DNA from: Raillietiella orientalis
Lineage: Eukaryota
NCBI GenBank assembly: GCA_036172245.1
Contig: JAYWIR010000007.1
Span: 1,612,001 to 1,676,000 of the forward strand
Direction of reading: 5' to 3'
Length of the DNA: 64,000 bases
Below the pieces are notes generated by a model. The model saw only the letters and a list, made by a program, of their open reading frames with translations. It ran no database searches and was not told the origin of the DNA. Both the position numbers and the translations under genes were made by a program. Positions 13,021 through 25,200 of this stretch are shown here, in pieces; position 1 is the stretch's first letter, and each line of letters starts with the position of its first letter.

Positions 13021-13939
13021 CCCTCGAGGGAAGATTTGCGGATGAAAGAAACACAGCGAAGGACTTCTCACTTCATTCCCGGACTGACCTCGCTTGCCCT
13101 GGCTTTGAGAGACTGTGATGCCGGTCCACGGAGCCGGCCACATATCGACTTCCCCATTCCTCATATCGCCTCTCCCTTCCAAGCCCCTACTGCCACTTTT
13201 AACCAATCACTGCAACGTCCAATATCCATGAATTGCCCCGAGTGCCATCCATAAAAATCTCTATTCCCCCCACGCCCAGAATCCTGCCCAAATGATCCTT
13301 CCTCTTATTTGGTTTATTTGGTTATCTTCTTGCCTGTCCACCTCTCCTCTGGCGCCGAGTCCACGTGCCAACTTCTCAGCATGATCCCCCAGCACACCGG
13401 GAAGTGGTAGGAAAAGGAGTCCTTCCGATGCCTGCTGTGCGTTCATTGTGGGTCCCCTAGGTGACAAGGGAGTCCCTCTCCCTTTACTCTGACTCCCTCA
13501 TTCGGCCGAGCATTCTGGAACATTCCTCGCGCTGCCCCCCCACCTTCTTGCCGGTACGCCTCTGCAGTACCCCCGCAAAACGTCCACCTCTGATCTCCCT
13601 CAGGGCAGCATGGTCTCCGAGGACTTGAAAAGCAAGATGGAGGTGCGCGTGCGAAGCGCACGTCCTCCCGAACGTCCCGTCATAATCCGAACGAGACCCC
13701 CTCCAGCGCTCACCAGGCCGCCACGGAGTGGGAGGGGTGCGTCCGTGCCCCCGGCGAGCACGCGCTGGAGCGGTCGCAGCATCTGCGCACGGGGGCACAC
13801 TATCCGTGGGCCCTCACCGCGTTCCCTCAGGGCCGTTCCGACCGGGGAAGGGATGGGGAGAGACACGGGCAGCTTTCCACAGCGTTCCTTTCACTCGCTA
13901 ATCTTCCCTCGAGGGCGCGACGAGCGGGAGACCAGTCGG

Positions 13940-14042
13940 GAAGAAGAGGAAAAAAAGATGAGGAAGAGGAAGGGAGAAAGAGGAGAAGGAAGTGGAAGAA
14001 GAGGAAGGGAGGAGGAGGAAGAAGAAAGGAAGAGGAGAAGAC
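13940..14042. repeat. GA-rich low-complexity purine tract
   Basis: aagaagaggaaaaaaagatgaggaagagg... Confidence 0.85.
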
Positions 14043-15227
14043 GCGAGAGGCTGAGACACAAGAAACTCTCTCGTCTGTCCCTCTCCCCCCCCCTCCCTTG
14101 CTTTCTCCTCCGGGAGCCTCGTGCCCTGTGAAGACGCGTCTGAACGACGCTGCCATTCCCGAGCACTCTTCCGAGAGGAACGCTCCATTTGCTCGGGGGA
14201 CCATCTGCCGCGGCCGCTTTCCCTTCCACGACCCAGGGCAACTTTCGCCCTGACAGGAAGGCAACTTCCAGAAAAAAATTCGCAGGCGCATCGGCGAAAG
14301 CGCGAATATTCATGGGGCGCCCTGAGCCAGCGACTTCCGGGTTCCGCGGCTGAATACATTTGCATCCATGAATCCAGCGGAAGACGAATCGGCGAAGCAT
14401 CCCCGCCCCTTCGGGATGAGAAGGCGCGCCAGTTCCGCGCTCCGGTACGCAGAAGAGATTTCCTCTTCGTTTCGTTCCCAGCATCCTTCGCTCTTTCCTT
14501 CCCTCCCTCTCGCCTCCAGGTTCCAAAATTAGGATCACGCAGGAAGCGCATACCGTCGTCGCGCGCGCTTCCGCTCGCGCTCGAGGGAGGAGGAGGGATA
14601 GGAGGATCAGTAGCAGCAGAATTCCTGGAGGGACGCAGCGGTTTGTAATTCGGCGCCGCGGCGAGAGGGGGCGCGCGGAGCCCGCCGCCGCGGTTCTCGC
14701 CCGCCCGCTAACGGAACGTCCCATTCGTCCCCCCCCATCCACGAGGCCGGTTGCTGTCAAAACGCCTTCCGGAGCAGCAGCGGCGCGAGGTGCTCCCCCC
14801 TCGGCGCCGGCGGTGGTCCCGTGGACGGTGCGCGCGCGCGGCCTGGGGGAGGGGAGGAGAACAGGAAGGCGGCGCTCGCAACTCGTCGTGCGGACTCTAG
14901 GAAAGAGAAGAGGGAGGGATGAGATTGAGAGCGAAAAGAGGTCTCTTGTCGCGAGCCTCTTCTGCCTTCGCGAAGCGGCCGAGAGCCTCGCGTCGCGATG
15001 ATGACGGCGACGCGGAAATGATCGATGGTCCTCGGAGCGGGGGGAAGCCATCGGTTCGCGTTCGTCACCGATGCTCCAGGATGACTCGGCGTTCGGAGAT
15101 GACTCTGCTGATGAAAACCCTTCCGCCGATTCCGCGTCTGGAAATTCTCAGCGTTCGAGAAGGGGGGAAGTCGGATTTCCCCCTTTCCGAAAGGAGGGGG
15201 AGGACCACCGACTCACTTCGTCTCCGC

Positions 15228-16612
15228 ACGGCCTCTGCCGGCCCGCAGGAGAGAACGCAAGGTCATGTCCGGGAGAGGCACAGGGTCATGGGCTGGGAAG
15301 AGAAGGACGTGCTCTCCCACGGGAAGCCGACGAACGTCACCTCCTGCGGGGTGGAGCGCGACACCGTCCCGAGGGAACGGTGACAGGACTGGCCCCCATC
15401 ACTCCTCCCCACCCCCCAGAGATCGGGATTTCCGGGGGTGGGAGTTGAGAAACCGGAGATACAAGCAGGTCCGGCCGCCGGATTCGAGGGCAGCCGCGGA
15501 CTTCCCTCGGTCGCAGGAATGTCCTTCCTGTTTGCACGTGCCCTGCGCCTCCCCTTCCTCTCCTAATTGATGGCGCATCAATCAGACGGGGAATTCGTGT
15601 CACCGGGAAGACGTCGCCGTGACTCGCCGCTGCAGGCGGAAACGGTGGCGACGGCGGCCGCTGCTGCTGCGGGTACCCTCAGGAACGCGGGTTGTGCAAG
15701 GCCGCAGAGGATGGGACCCTCGCGCGCACCGCCATTTTAATTATTCATCCAGCCGGTAAGCGCGTCGGAATCTGCGAGACAACGGGGATCACGGAGCGTG
15801 CGTCGGCGGGGCACCACCCTCTCCTCCTCCCGAGGCTTCCTGTCGCCCCGCGGAAGTCGCGGGCTTTCACGGGAAAGGCGCAGTCCGGAGAGGAACGCGG
15901 ATCTGCCCTTTCGCCTCGGGGCATGCGGGAGAGGGCGGATCAGATCTCTTCTTGGGACGGAGGCGCCGTGCTCCCGTGGCTGGGACCACTGCGGAGTAGC
16001 CGGGGATGGGACGGGAAGAGGAAGCCGTCCTAGCTAAGTTCCCTAATGACCACCTCCTGGCCCGCCCCAGCTGACCTCTCCGCTCCAAGTGCTCGCCTCC
16101 CTTGCCTGCCAGATGCGATCACTCCTCCTCCCCCTCTCCCTCTGACTGCACGGCGAACCTCGGCGAAAGTTGCCCGCACGGGACGAATAGGCCCCAGGAG
16201 TGACCAATGGAGGTCCTCCGAGGGCTCACGGCGAGGCGCGGCCCGGGTCGACCGAACGAGCGCCTCTAGCGCCAGAGCCCCGGCGCCAAGCAGCGCGCGC
16301 GCCCTTGGGAGTTGGTGCGCATGGAGGGAGGACGCGATCCCCTCTACGTGCAGCTTCCGGGCGGCAGGAGTTGTCCCGGCCGTTTCTCCCCATCCCCGGC
16401 AGCATCCCCACATAGCTCGGCGGATTTCCAACCTCCCGTCCGCTCTTCGGGGCACCGACACGACCGATCGCTCTGACTGCGACCATCCCGCAGGGGATGG
16501 CGTTGTCATGGACTTTCCGTGGGAGAGTACGTCCTCCTCTTCCCCGCCCATGACCCTGCGCCGCTCCCGGAGGTGACCTTGCGTTCTCTCCCGCGGGCCG
16601 GCGAGGCCGTAG
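15228..16612. repeat. Imperfect inverted repeat pair (~125 bp arms: 15228-15352 and 16490-16612)
   Basis: acggcctctgccggcccgcaggagagaacgcaaggtca... matches the reverse complement of 16490-16612. Confidence 0.85.
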
Positions 16613-18402
16613 GGAGGCAAAGCGAGTGGCGCTACCGGAATGGCCGCACGACCCGGTTCCCGAGGGAAAGGAGGCTTTCATAAGCGGCGTGGTCCTCCTG
16701 CACAGGACTCGTCCCCCCCCTTCCCTCCCAGGGGCCAGAATGTCGGTGGTGGGGAGGAAAACCGAGGATACCGACAGCTGACATCCCCCCCTCCGCCGTA
16801 AGGGATGGGCAGGACCGGGAAGGACCCTCCTGGCGTGCGGTCCATCGAGCCGTCCGCCTTTTCGGCGACTCGGAAGGCGAGCACGAGGGGCGCGTAGGCT
16901 CATTCCCTGCGTTCTCCAAAGAAGCTCTCCCGGCGGGCATCCCAGGAAGTTTATTCCGAATCGACGCGTCCTGCACGTAACCCACCGAACGCGCACTGGG
17001 GCGAAGAGCGCGCACCAGTTCGCCGGGAGGAAGAAAAAGTGGGGATGCTGCGGAAGCTGCGATGATGATGAATTCGTCGATCTTATCCATCTTACGAACC
17101 TCATCTATCCGACGCTTATCCGTCCGAGGCGATCCTGATGCCCGTCGTGAAGTGTCCTTTCACTCGGGGCATCTATCATCCGCTGACTCGCGTAATCCTT
17201 TGCACGCCGGACCGAAACCGCTGAGGAACCGGCGACATTCGTTGCCATGGTTTTTCCCTTCCTCCCCCCCCCCTTTTCCCCCTCGAGCGACGGCCGCGAA
17301 CCCGGACCGCTCTCTCCTATTCCTTCCCTCTTTAGAGAGAGAGCACTGAGCGTCCCGGGGGGCAGCGCGCCCCGCCGGCAAGTCGAGCAGCAGGCGAGGA
17401 GGGGAACATCCCTGCCCTCCCCCACACTTTCTCGAGCCTCGCGCGCTCCCGGCAGGAACGGCGCTTTCCCACCAGGAGCATTCCCTTTCTGGCCTCTCTC
17501 TCAAGGAAGACGCGAAACACTCCCCCCTCCACCCCCCCTTTTTTTCCTTTTCTTTCCCGCTCTCCCCTTTTCCCTTTTCCTTCCCGGCTGATTGTGATAG
17601 GCAGAGGTTTGCCTGACGACGTCTAAACACTTCGAGAGGAGCGTCAGCATCCAGGAGTACCCGATGATGGATGCACGTGAGCCAACTGGGGCGTGCGGTG
17701 AACAACATCCGAGGAGGCAGGGAAATGGAGGGGGAGGGGAGGGGAGGGGAGGGAGGGATCGGGTAAGCGGAATGGCACCTTCTCCTCCTCCTGGCCGGCA
17801 GGGAGCGCTCGCGTTCACATGGACCACAGGTTCGTGCCCCACCGCCGCCTACGCCGATCGAAGCACAGCCGGAGTCTCCCCTGCGCTCGTTCGCAGGGGC
17901 GGGGTAGGGGGAAGGGAAAAGAGAGGAGTCGAAAGAAAAAGGAGCCCTGGTGGACGAGGGGTTTCTCGGGGACGCTCTGGAGCCGATGCCGGTGGGGTCA
18001 TTGCGCCCGGTTTCGAAAGGAGCGACTTCACCGGCCTGCTGGCGCCACCATCGAGCGACCGGCTGGTCCTCTGCGGCGCACCGTCGATGAAGGACCTCCG
18101 GGAACCGGAGACGAGCGGGTGGCGCGGGAGTCTGGGAGCACGAGAAGAGGAGCGTCGGCCAGGGAACGGAGTGCACCCTTCCTGCGCTGAGGCGCCATGC
18201 GGGGGTCGGCAAGGACGGATCCCCGGACTTTCGAGGGATCGAGGAACGGGTTGGGGAGGAGGGAAGGGAAAAATATTGTGGAGGTGAGACGGAAGTGAGA
18301 AGGCCGGCGGAGGGGTGCTCTCCCGGAGAGGGCGCGACAGTTTCCGGTGGCCGGACCGGGGCACTGCGGCCACCAGCATCGGCGCTCTTGCCCTCCATGC
18401 AC

Positions 18403-18895
18403 TAATTAATAGTAGCGGTAGGAGTAATGCTGGGAATAGTCAGAGTATCATTCGTGATAGTCTGTACAGAACATCGATATTAATGCTGCTACAGCAATAT
18501 TAATAGCGATGTTCTGTACGATGTTTTCGGCTGGTGATATCATTGATATTAATGATGCAGTAGTAATATTTCTAGCTGTAACATCAACACTAGTGATACC
18601 TGTGTGATGGAAGTGGCAGCAACATTAACCGTTGTGGTGTGGTAGCAGTAGGAGAAACAGGACGAATAGCAACAGTAGTTACTGCCATAATAGTAGTGAT
18701 AGTGATAGCAATAGCAGCAGTGCTACTAGCGGTGGCATTAATAATGGTTATAGTAACACCAGCAATGGTGATGATGGCGGTAACAGAGTGGGGGTGGACA
18801 CAGCAGGGACAGTAACGGTGGTAGTAGTAATAGTAATAACAATAAAGTGGCAGCAGTGCAGATAGCAGGAACGCTCGCAACAGTAATAGCTGCAG
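18403..18895. repeat. Degenerate trinucleotide microsatellite (AGT/AAT/AGC/GGT/GAT)
   Basis: Three-base periodic low-complexity run: agtagtaatagtaataacaataa, gatagtgatagcaatagcagcagt. Confidence 0.9.
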
Positions 18896-20329
18896 GAATG
18901 AAACGAACCCCCAGATGCTTCCCTGCCCTTCTTCGGTTCCACCCGGCGCGACTGGAGGTGCGACTTTTGGAGAAGGTTCGCGGCGTCTGCTGCTCTAAGA
19001 TGCCACGAGGAGCAAGAGTGGAACGCCTGGAAGTAGAGACTGCTTGACCTTCGAACCCGACGAGCGTCTTCCCTGTGTCTGGCAAAGACCTTAGCAGCGC
19101 ACCAAGAGCTGACGTCGCAGGCAGTGCGTCCTCCCCCCTCCCCCGAGCGGGGCCGAACTTTCCGCATTCCTCTCGGGGATCGCAGTCAGACAGGGGCGGC
19201 CCCGGACAGGAACTCCGGGAGCTGGAAGCGAGCGAAAACGAAAGTTGCTGGAGGAGGCCCTTCCGAAGAGGCTCTCCTCCCGAAGGACAAGTCGCAACGT
19301 GGCTGCCGGTAGGCTGGACTGTCCAGGGGATGCCCGTCTGAGCTGCCCGACCGGGAAGGAGAGCAGAAGCGTCTCCGAGTACGATGGCCGCCTGCTTGCA
19401 TGCGGCGAAGAACAGCCGGAGGCACGTCCCTGCTGCTGGGATCAGGGAGAGCCCGTCGCTCGGTTCCGGAAAGGAAGGGGGGGAGGAGGGAATCCCGGGT
19501 TGGTCCGGTTCCGCAGCCACGGCGGATGAGAAAAGATGGGGACGTGGGGAGAGGGGCTGTGGAACTCAGCGTCGGTGAACACCTCAGCAGCTCCAGGAGA
19601 GCCGGAAGAAAGGAGAAGGAGACAGCGCTCTATTCCCCGTCTCCTCCTCTGATGTTCTTCCTCGGTCCTCGCCCGGCACGGCTGGAAGTGAGGCTGAGAG
19701 TCTGGGGATCACTTCACTCTCGCTCCTCGCATCGCCTCGAGAACATTCTGGGCCTGGAGCGCGCGCCGCGGGTTCATCGTGAGCCCTCACGGCTTCCCCC
19801 CCCTCTGGAAAGCAGGGGAACAAGGGACACTCTCTGCGCGCCCTCCCCCATCATACCAGACAAAGCTCCACGACCCTCGAAGACCACACTCACCCCCGGA
19901 AGCATTGCGGTTCTTGCAGCGAAGGTGGCGGGCCTCTTGCCTTTCCACCGGCCCGAAGTCTGAGGCTCGATGATGTTTTTTTTTTTTTTGGCATTCACCC
20001 GGGGAGCCCGAGAGCAAAGGACAGTGGAGGACATGGTCACCACCGATGCCTCCGCAGTCTCCTGCTTTCCCTGCGGATGGGGGAGGCGGGGGGGATCTGC
20101 CCAGAGCTCGTATGATGGAGCGCTCGCGCCCACTCTGACAGCCCTGCCGACGCGCGGAGGCAGCGAGCTCTGCGCTGGTCTTGGTGGCGCTCCGTCGGTC
20201 CTCTCCTAGCTAAGATGGCTCTGCTCCTCCTGCCCTCCTCCCCCTCTGTCCAGGGGTGGTCGTCGCTCCGGCCGAGACACATCGATCTCTTCTGGAGTCG
20301 GCGGCGACGACTTCCTCCCAGATGGTCGA

Positions 20330-20900
20330 AGTCCACCCGACTGTCCTCTCGGCACGCCTCCGGTGACCGGGTCATGTTCGCTTTCCTCGCCCACTCGTAC
20401 CCCGTGCTTCCGCTCGATTCCCGCTCGTACAGCGACCATTCCTGGGAGGCGGGCGGATTGCTCCCGGTCGATTCCCAAGAAGCTACGAACCGTACCAGTC
20501 GAGGAGCAAGGCAGGGATGCATGGGGAGGGAAAGGAGGAGGTCATCACCAGAGACTCCTGACAAGCACCGTCCTCTCAGAGAGACTCCCCGAGAGGACGG
20601 TGCTCCTTCCGATAGACAGCGCGACTGCCTTCTATAGGGCCTTTGTACTTCGCCTCGAGGTGGAGAGGAAGGTCCAGGCCAGGCCAAGACGGATCGCAGA
20701 TCAGAGTCTGGAAATCCTGCGGTGAGTCTCTCGCCGAAGGGGGTTTCTTCGAACGAAGGAACCCCCTCCGGCGAACGTTCCCGGGACCTGGCCGAAGCAA
20801 ACCGGAAGGAGCCGAGGCATCCAGGGATGTGGGAGGATGGCGAAGCCGGCGATCCCTTCCGCCGGCGGAGGGTTAAGCACGTCCCCTCACCAGCTTGGGT
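20330..20900 (+). mobile_element. Highly decayed non-LTR reverse transcriptase fragment
   Basis: Collinear motif relics TATIPGRR (~VPGR), VLLPIDSATAFYR (~LLSIDxxKAFDR) and KGVSSNEGTPS (~GVRQGxPLS), in shifting frames. Confidence 0.4.
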
Positions 20901-21929
20901 CGTTTCGCCATTTCCGGGACAACCCGCGGAATGCTCCCTCCCCTCGAACTGCCCACTTCGCTCAGGCGCGTCTTCCTTCTCGTACCTAAGCAACCACTCC
21001 GCAGCTGCCACCGCACGCCTTGTCGGCCGACTGCACAAAACCAGGGGCGACTTCTGACCCTTGACTCGCTGGACTCCTCTTCCTCTCCTGGTCGAAATTC
21101 CCCTGTGGACCTTTAACCGCTCCCAGGTGATTCTTGGTCCGCGCTCACCCATCTCCCTTTCCCTTTCTCTCCCAAAGATCCCATCCGGAGCGCGGCACCC
21201 TGCTCTTTCGGAATCATCCGCATCCTTTTCGTGAGAGCGACACCCCTCCCCTCCTGCGGATTCGTGGGGAGTCTCTGAGAGCAAGGTACCTCTCGTACTC
21301 TGCAGAGGATCCTGTGGCGTCCTGTTCCAAAAGAACTCTCTGCCTAAATGACCTCCCACCACTTTCCCTTTCTCTTCCGCCTAGGTGGACCACGAAAGCC
21401 TGAAGCTAGTCGTCCCCTACGCGCGCAGGCAGGTGAACCGCCGAAGTCATCCCAAGGGTCCTGCGTTTCCTGAAGGTAGCCTCCCTCTATACGGTCTTCC
21501 TGCTTTTGCGAACGAACAAGAAGGCATCCGTTTCCAGGCATCCTAAGGGGCGAGCTGCAGGTCTCGTGCGTCGTCCTGCGGCTCTCACTCAGGTGACCCG
21601 TCGGTTATCCACGAGCTGCCTAGGAGATTCCCTCAGTCCCCCTTTCCCTTTCTCCTCCCCTAATGTAAGCGCTTCCGTTCCTGGGGCAACCCAAGAGCGG
21701 CATGAGCCACGCAAGACCCGTAAGGCATGCCCCGTCCGTATTCAAGATTTTGGGCCGCTCGCAGCAACCTTCGGGTTTCAGAGAAGCCACTGCGTCCCCA
21801 GGGATTTTTTTTGCGTGGTGGTGGAGGGCGAGCAGACGGAATAGGGCGCCCCCAGATGCAGACGCGCTCCCTCCTGTAGTGGGGGGGACGTTTTGCAAGT
21901 CTTCTCGAACGGGTAGAATCTCTCCCGGG

Positions 21930-22260
21930 ATGTACACGGGTGCACACGTGCATTCCAAGGTGAGCACCCGTCCACGACCTCCACGCGGTCGCGCGCGTGC
22001 GCGAGCGCCCATCCACCGCCCCCGTACACATCGAAATGGTGCGCGCACGCCATCTCGCGTGTCCACTCGCTTGCGCGCGCGCACGTGGGGGGCGCGCGTA
22101 CCTGCACGCACACGTGCACGCTCGAAAGTGCGCGGAGAGACTCCGTACGAGCGAGCGTGCTGTGAGCCGACACGCACCCACGGGAGTGCACGTGCACCTT
22201 CACGCTCGCGCAGGCGCATGCTCACTGAAGGCACGCACGTGCGCGCACCCGTGCACCGCG
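21930..22260. repeat. Alternating purine-pyrimidine (GC/AC/GT)n low-complexity tract
   Basis: gcgcgcgcgcacgtg, cacgcacacgtgcacgc, gcacgcacgtgcgcgcac. Confidence 0.85.
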
Positions 22261-25200
22261 CCTCCCGATCTGCCCCTCAGCCCTGGAGGAGTTGGGGCTG
22301 CCGTCCACCGGCAGGGAATCAGCCTCTCCCTACGAAAACTGGGAGCGGGATGGGAAAATCCACACGAGGAGTAGTCACACGCGCTTTTTACAGAACCGGA
22401 AAAGGGATGCCCGTCCGAACTGCCCGATCGGGAAGGAGCGCGGAAGCGTCTCCCAGGACGATGGTCTCCTGCTTTCGTGCGGCGAAGAGCAGCCGGAGCT
22501 CCGTCCCTGCTGCTGGGATCAGGGAGAGCCCGTCGCTCGGTGCCGGAAGGGGGGAGGGGGGAGAGTCAGTCCGGTTCCGCGGCGACGGCGGATGAGAAAA
22601 GATGGGGACAGGGGTGGATGGGAGTGGACACGCAGAGTCGGAGAGCACTTCGCAAGCTCCGGGAGAGCCGGAGGAAAGGGAAAGGAGAGCGGACAAAAGG
22701 AAGGAGGCGGCTGCGGGCGGTCATCTTCACACCTTCGAGGAAACTTAGGGTTCGGCGAGTGGGAGGCATGGCAACCAGAGCTGACAGCCGGGATGGAGTT
22801 GCGGGGCTGAAGGAGTCGCTGGAGAGGGTTCGACGCTCCCCTCCTCCTCGATCGAATTTCCAACCGGAAGAGAAGGAGGGAAGGGAACGGAAGCGGAAGA
22901 AAAGCAGGGGAAGGAGGAAGGAGGAGTTTTCGACAGGCTCGCGGCCTCGGGGATGACCCGGGATCGAATGAAGAAGATGGATGCTGCCGCCTCCAAGGAC
23001 GGGGAGAAGGGGAGGAGAAAACCTCCTGGCTCGCGCAAATGTGCAGCTCTCGCAGCTCCACCTCCCGGCGGGGAGTTGCGCTTTCCTCAGCTGGAGGGTG
23101 AGTGAGTGGCGGCCGTCCGTTCCGGGGAGACAGCGCCCCCCATTTCCGAAGAGGGTGGCGTCCCCCTCAGCTAACGTTCCCTCGCGAACCCCTCTCACCT
23201 CGTGTCCTGCCCTTCGGGGACTCGGTCCCGAAGTGCTCGCCTACCTTTCCCCTCTCGGTCGTCCCTTTTCCCTTTCCTTAGTGACGCCCGTCTGGCCAGA
23301 GCGCTTCTGCCCTCCGAGGAGGAGGCAAGAGACGCCTGGCCCTCATTTTCTTCCTCCCACCTCCCGGAGCGCCATCCGGGACTGTAAAAGGTGGCGCGCT
23401 CGAGGAAGACCTCGACCGCTCGCGCCACCGGTGAGCGGGGAGCTTCGGCCCGGGGACTCGACGCCCGGTTTCCCATCCCGGAGCACTCCGCGCCGATCCC
23501 AGAGGCGGGCCGCAGCTCCCGTGACGGGTTCGCCGGAGTATTCCCAGAGCATCTTCCGGCAGCTCCTTTTATTTCCACGCAGGGGATTAAACGTCTCTTC
23601 CTTCCACCGCCACTTTCACTTTTCCGCGAGCCTCCTGGCGGCTCTCATTGTTGCGCGCCGAAAGTTCGGAGCGCGGGCGTCAGCGCTTATTAATGGCGAG
23701 CGGAATTGCAGGAGTTTGCAGGGATGTTCGCCAAGGCCTCCCCGCATGCACTTCCGCGGGAGCACGTGGAGCGAGCAGCTGCCGCGGAGTGCGGAGGACA
23801 CCGTCACGTAAAGGGGGGGGGGGGGGAGGGGACGCGGAAACCACGCCACGCGGGGGCAGGCAGGAGCCGTCTTCCGGGGAGCTGGTGACGTCAGCGGGGA
23901 AGACGGAGCTGCTCGCCGTCGCCGCCCGCGTTTCCCGCGCTCTCCGGTTGGCGTCGCCACGCACTTCTCCCCCGCCGCCTCCCTTCGCGATCGCGGGATG
24001 GCACGGCTGCTACCCCACCGATCGGCCTCCCGAGCGCGTGGAGGTCCAGGAGGAGGAATGCTTTCGAGTCCCTTAAGGATCCTGGACCTGCTAGCATGCA
24101 CCCCCCCACCCCCCGGGGTGCGTGGCGCACCGGACCGCTCGCTAGCGTCGTCTGCCGCCAGAGTCGTTCCCGCCCCCCGAACGCGGCAGAGCCGCCGCTG
24201 CCATCTGACGGGATTGCTGGACTGATCGCGAGACCGCGTCCTCCCAGGTGAAGCTGCCGTGCGGCGATGGAACCCCGCGACGGCCCCGTCCTGCTTCCGG
24301 GAAGCACTCGCGCGCGCGCGCCTCGGCACCTTTCTCACTACTCCCTTCTCACCCCCGCACGCCTCCTCTCCGAACGCCCCGGAGAAACAGACGCGAGCGC
24401 CGAATCAGTCTGGAGGAAGGGCGGACGCGCCTGCCTTCTCTCGAGAGCCAAGACGGAGAGCCACGCGCAAGGTCTGGGGGGTCACTCGCGATCCCCGGGG
24501 CGGCGCGCGCGCAGCGCCTGCCTTCTTTCCTTCCGGGTCGCGAGACGCGGGCGAGCTGGGAACTGCATCCGGCAGCTTCCCACCGATCATTGGGCAGGCC
24601 GCTGCGTTTGGGACGCGCGGGGGCGAGGACGGGAGCTGGCGGGGAGGAGTCCGTTCTTCGGAAGAGAAGGGAGGGACGCGGTGGTAGTGATGGGAGGGTG
24701 GGTTCGGAGTAAGGAAGGTCGTGGGGAGCGAAGACCGCCCCCGGGAAGCTCGCGGTTCGTCCCAAATCTCCTTCCTCCTCTCTTCCTCATCTTCCTCTCG
24801 CCGAGGCCTTCCAGCAGACCAGGGAGGTACCACGACTTACCGGTGCGAGCGCCTTGGCGGCAGCTCGGAAGTTCCCATCCGACGATCCCATCGGTTGCTA
24901 CCGCAACGCTCTCACGCCTCCGCGGTCCGCACGAGACTGTCCCAAAGGTACCGCGCGCGCTCCCCGCTCCGTTTCGGGCATGGCCTTTCGCGTCTGCGGG
25001 AAGCGCGCGCGCGCGCCCGTAGCCGAGCGGGAGGACGGAGGGGAACGAGGGAACACGACGAGGAAGAGGAGGAGGAGGAGGAGGTGGGGAAATGAGCGAA
25101 TCCCGAGGAAGTCATCGCCACTGCCTGCGGCCATCCTCCTAAGGGGGGATTCCGGGTTGACAGCACCTTCCCGGTAAGCGGGCGCTCGTGAAGCAGAGGC

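Larger units (their letters stand above)
19327..22690 (+). repeat. Diverged direct repeat pair (~290 bp: 19327-19620 and 22404-22690)
   Basis: Both contain cgtccctgctgctgggatcagggagagcccgtcgctcggt and gcggatgagaaaagatggggac. Confidence 0.85.

Noticed and set aside
13891..15051. 386-aa ORF with a hydrophobic LLLLILLSLLL stretch
   Set aside because: The stretch derives from CT-rich low-complexity DNA and the rest is R/A/G/P-rich with no family resemblance.
17160..21362. 412-aa and 441-aa minus-strand ORFs
   Set aside because: Composition is typical of non-coding GC-rich frames; the latter is antisense to a decayed RT.
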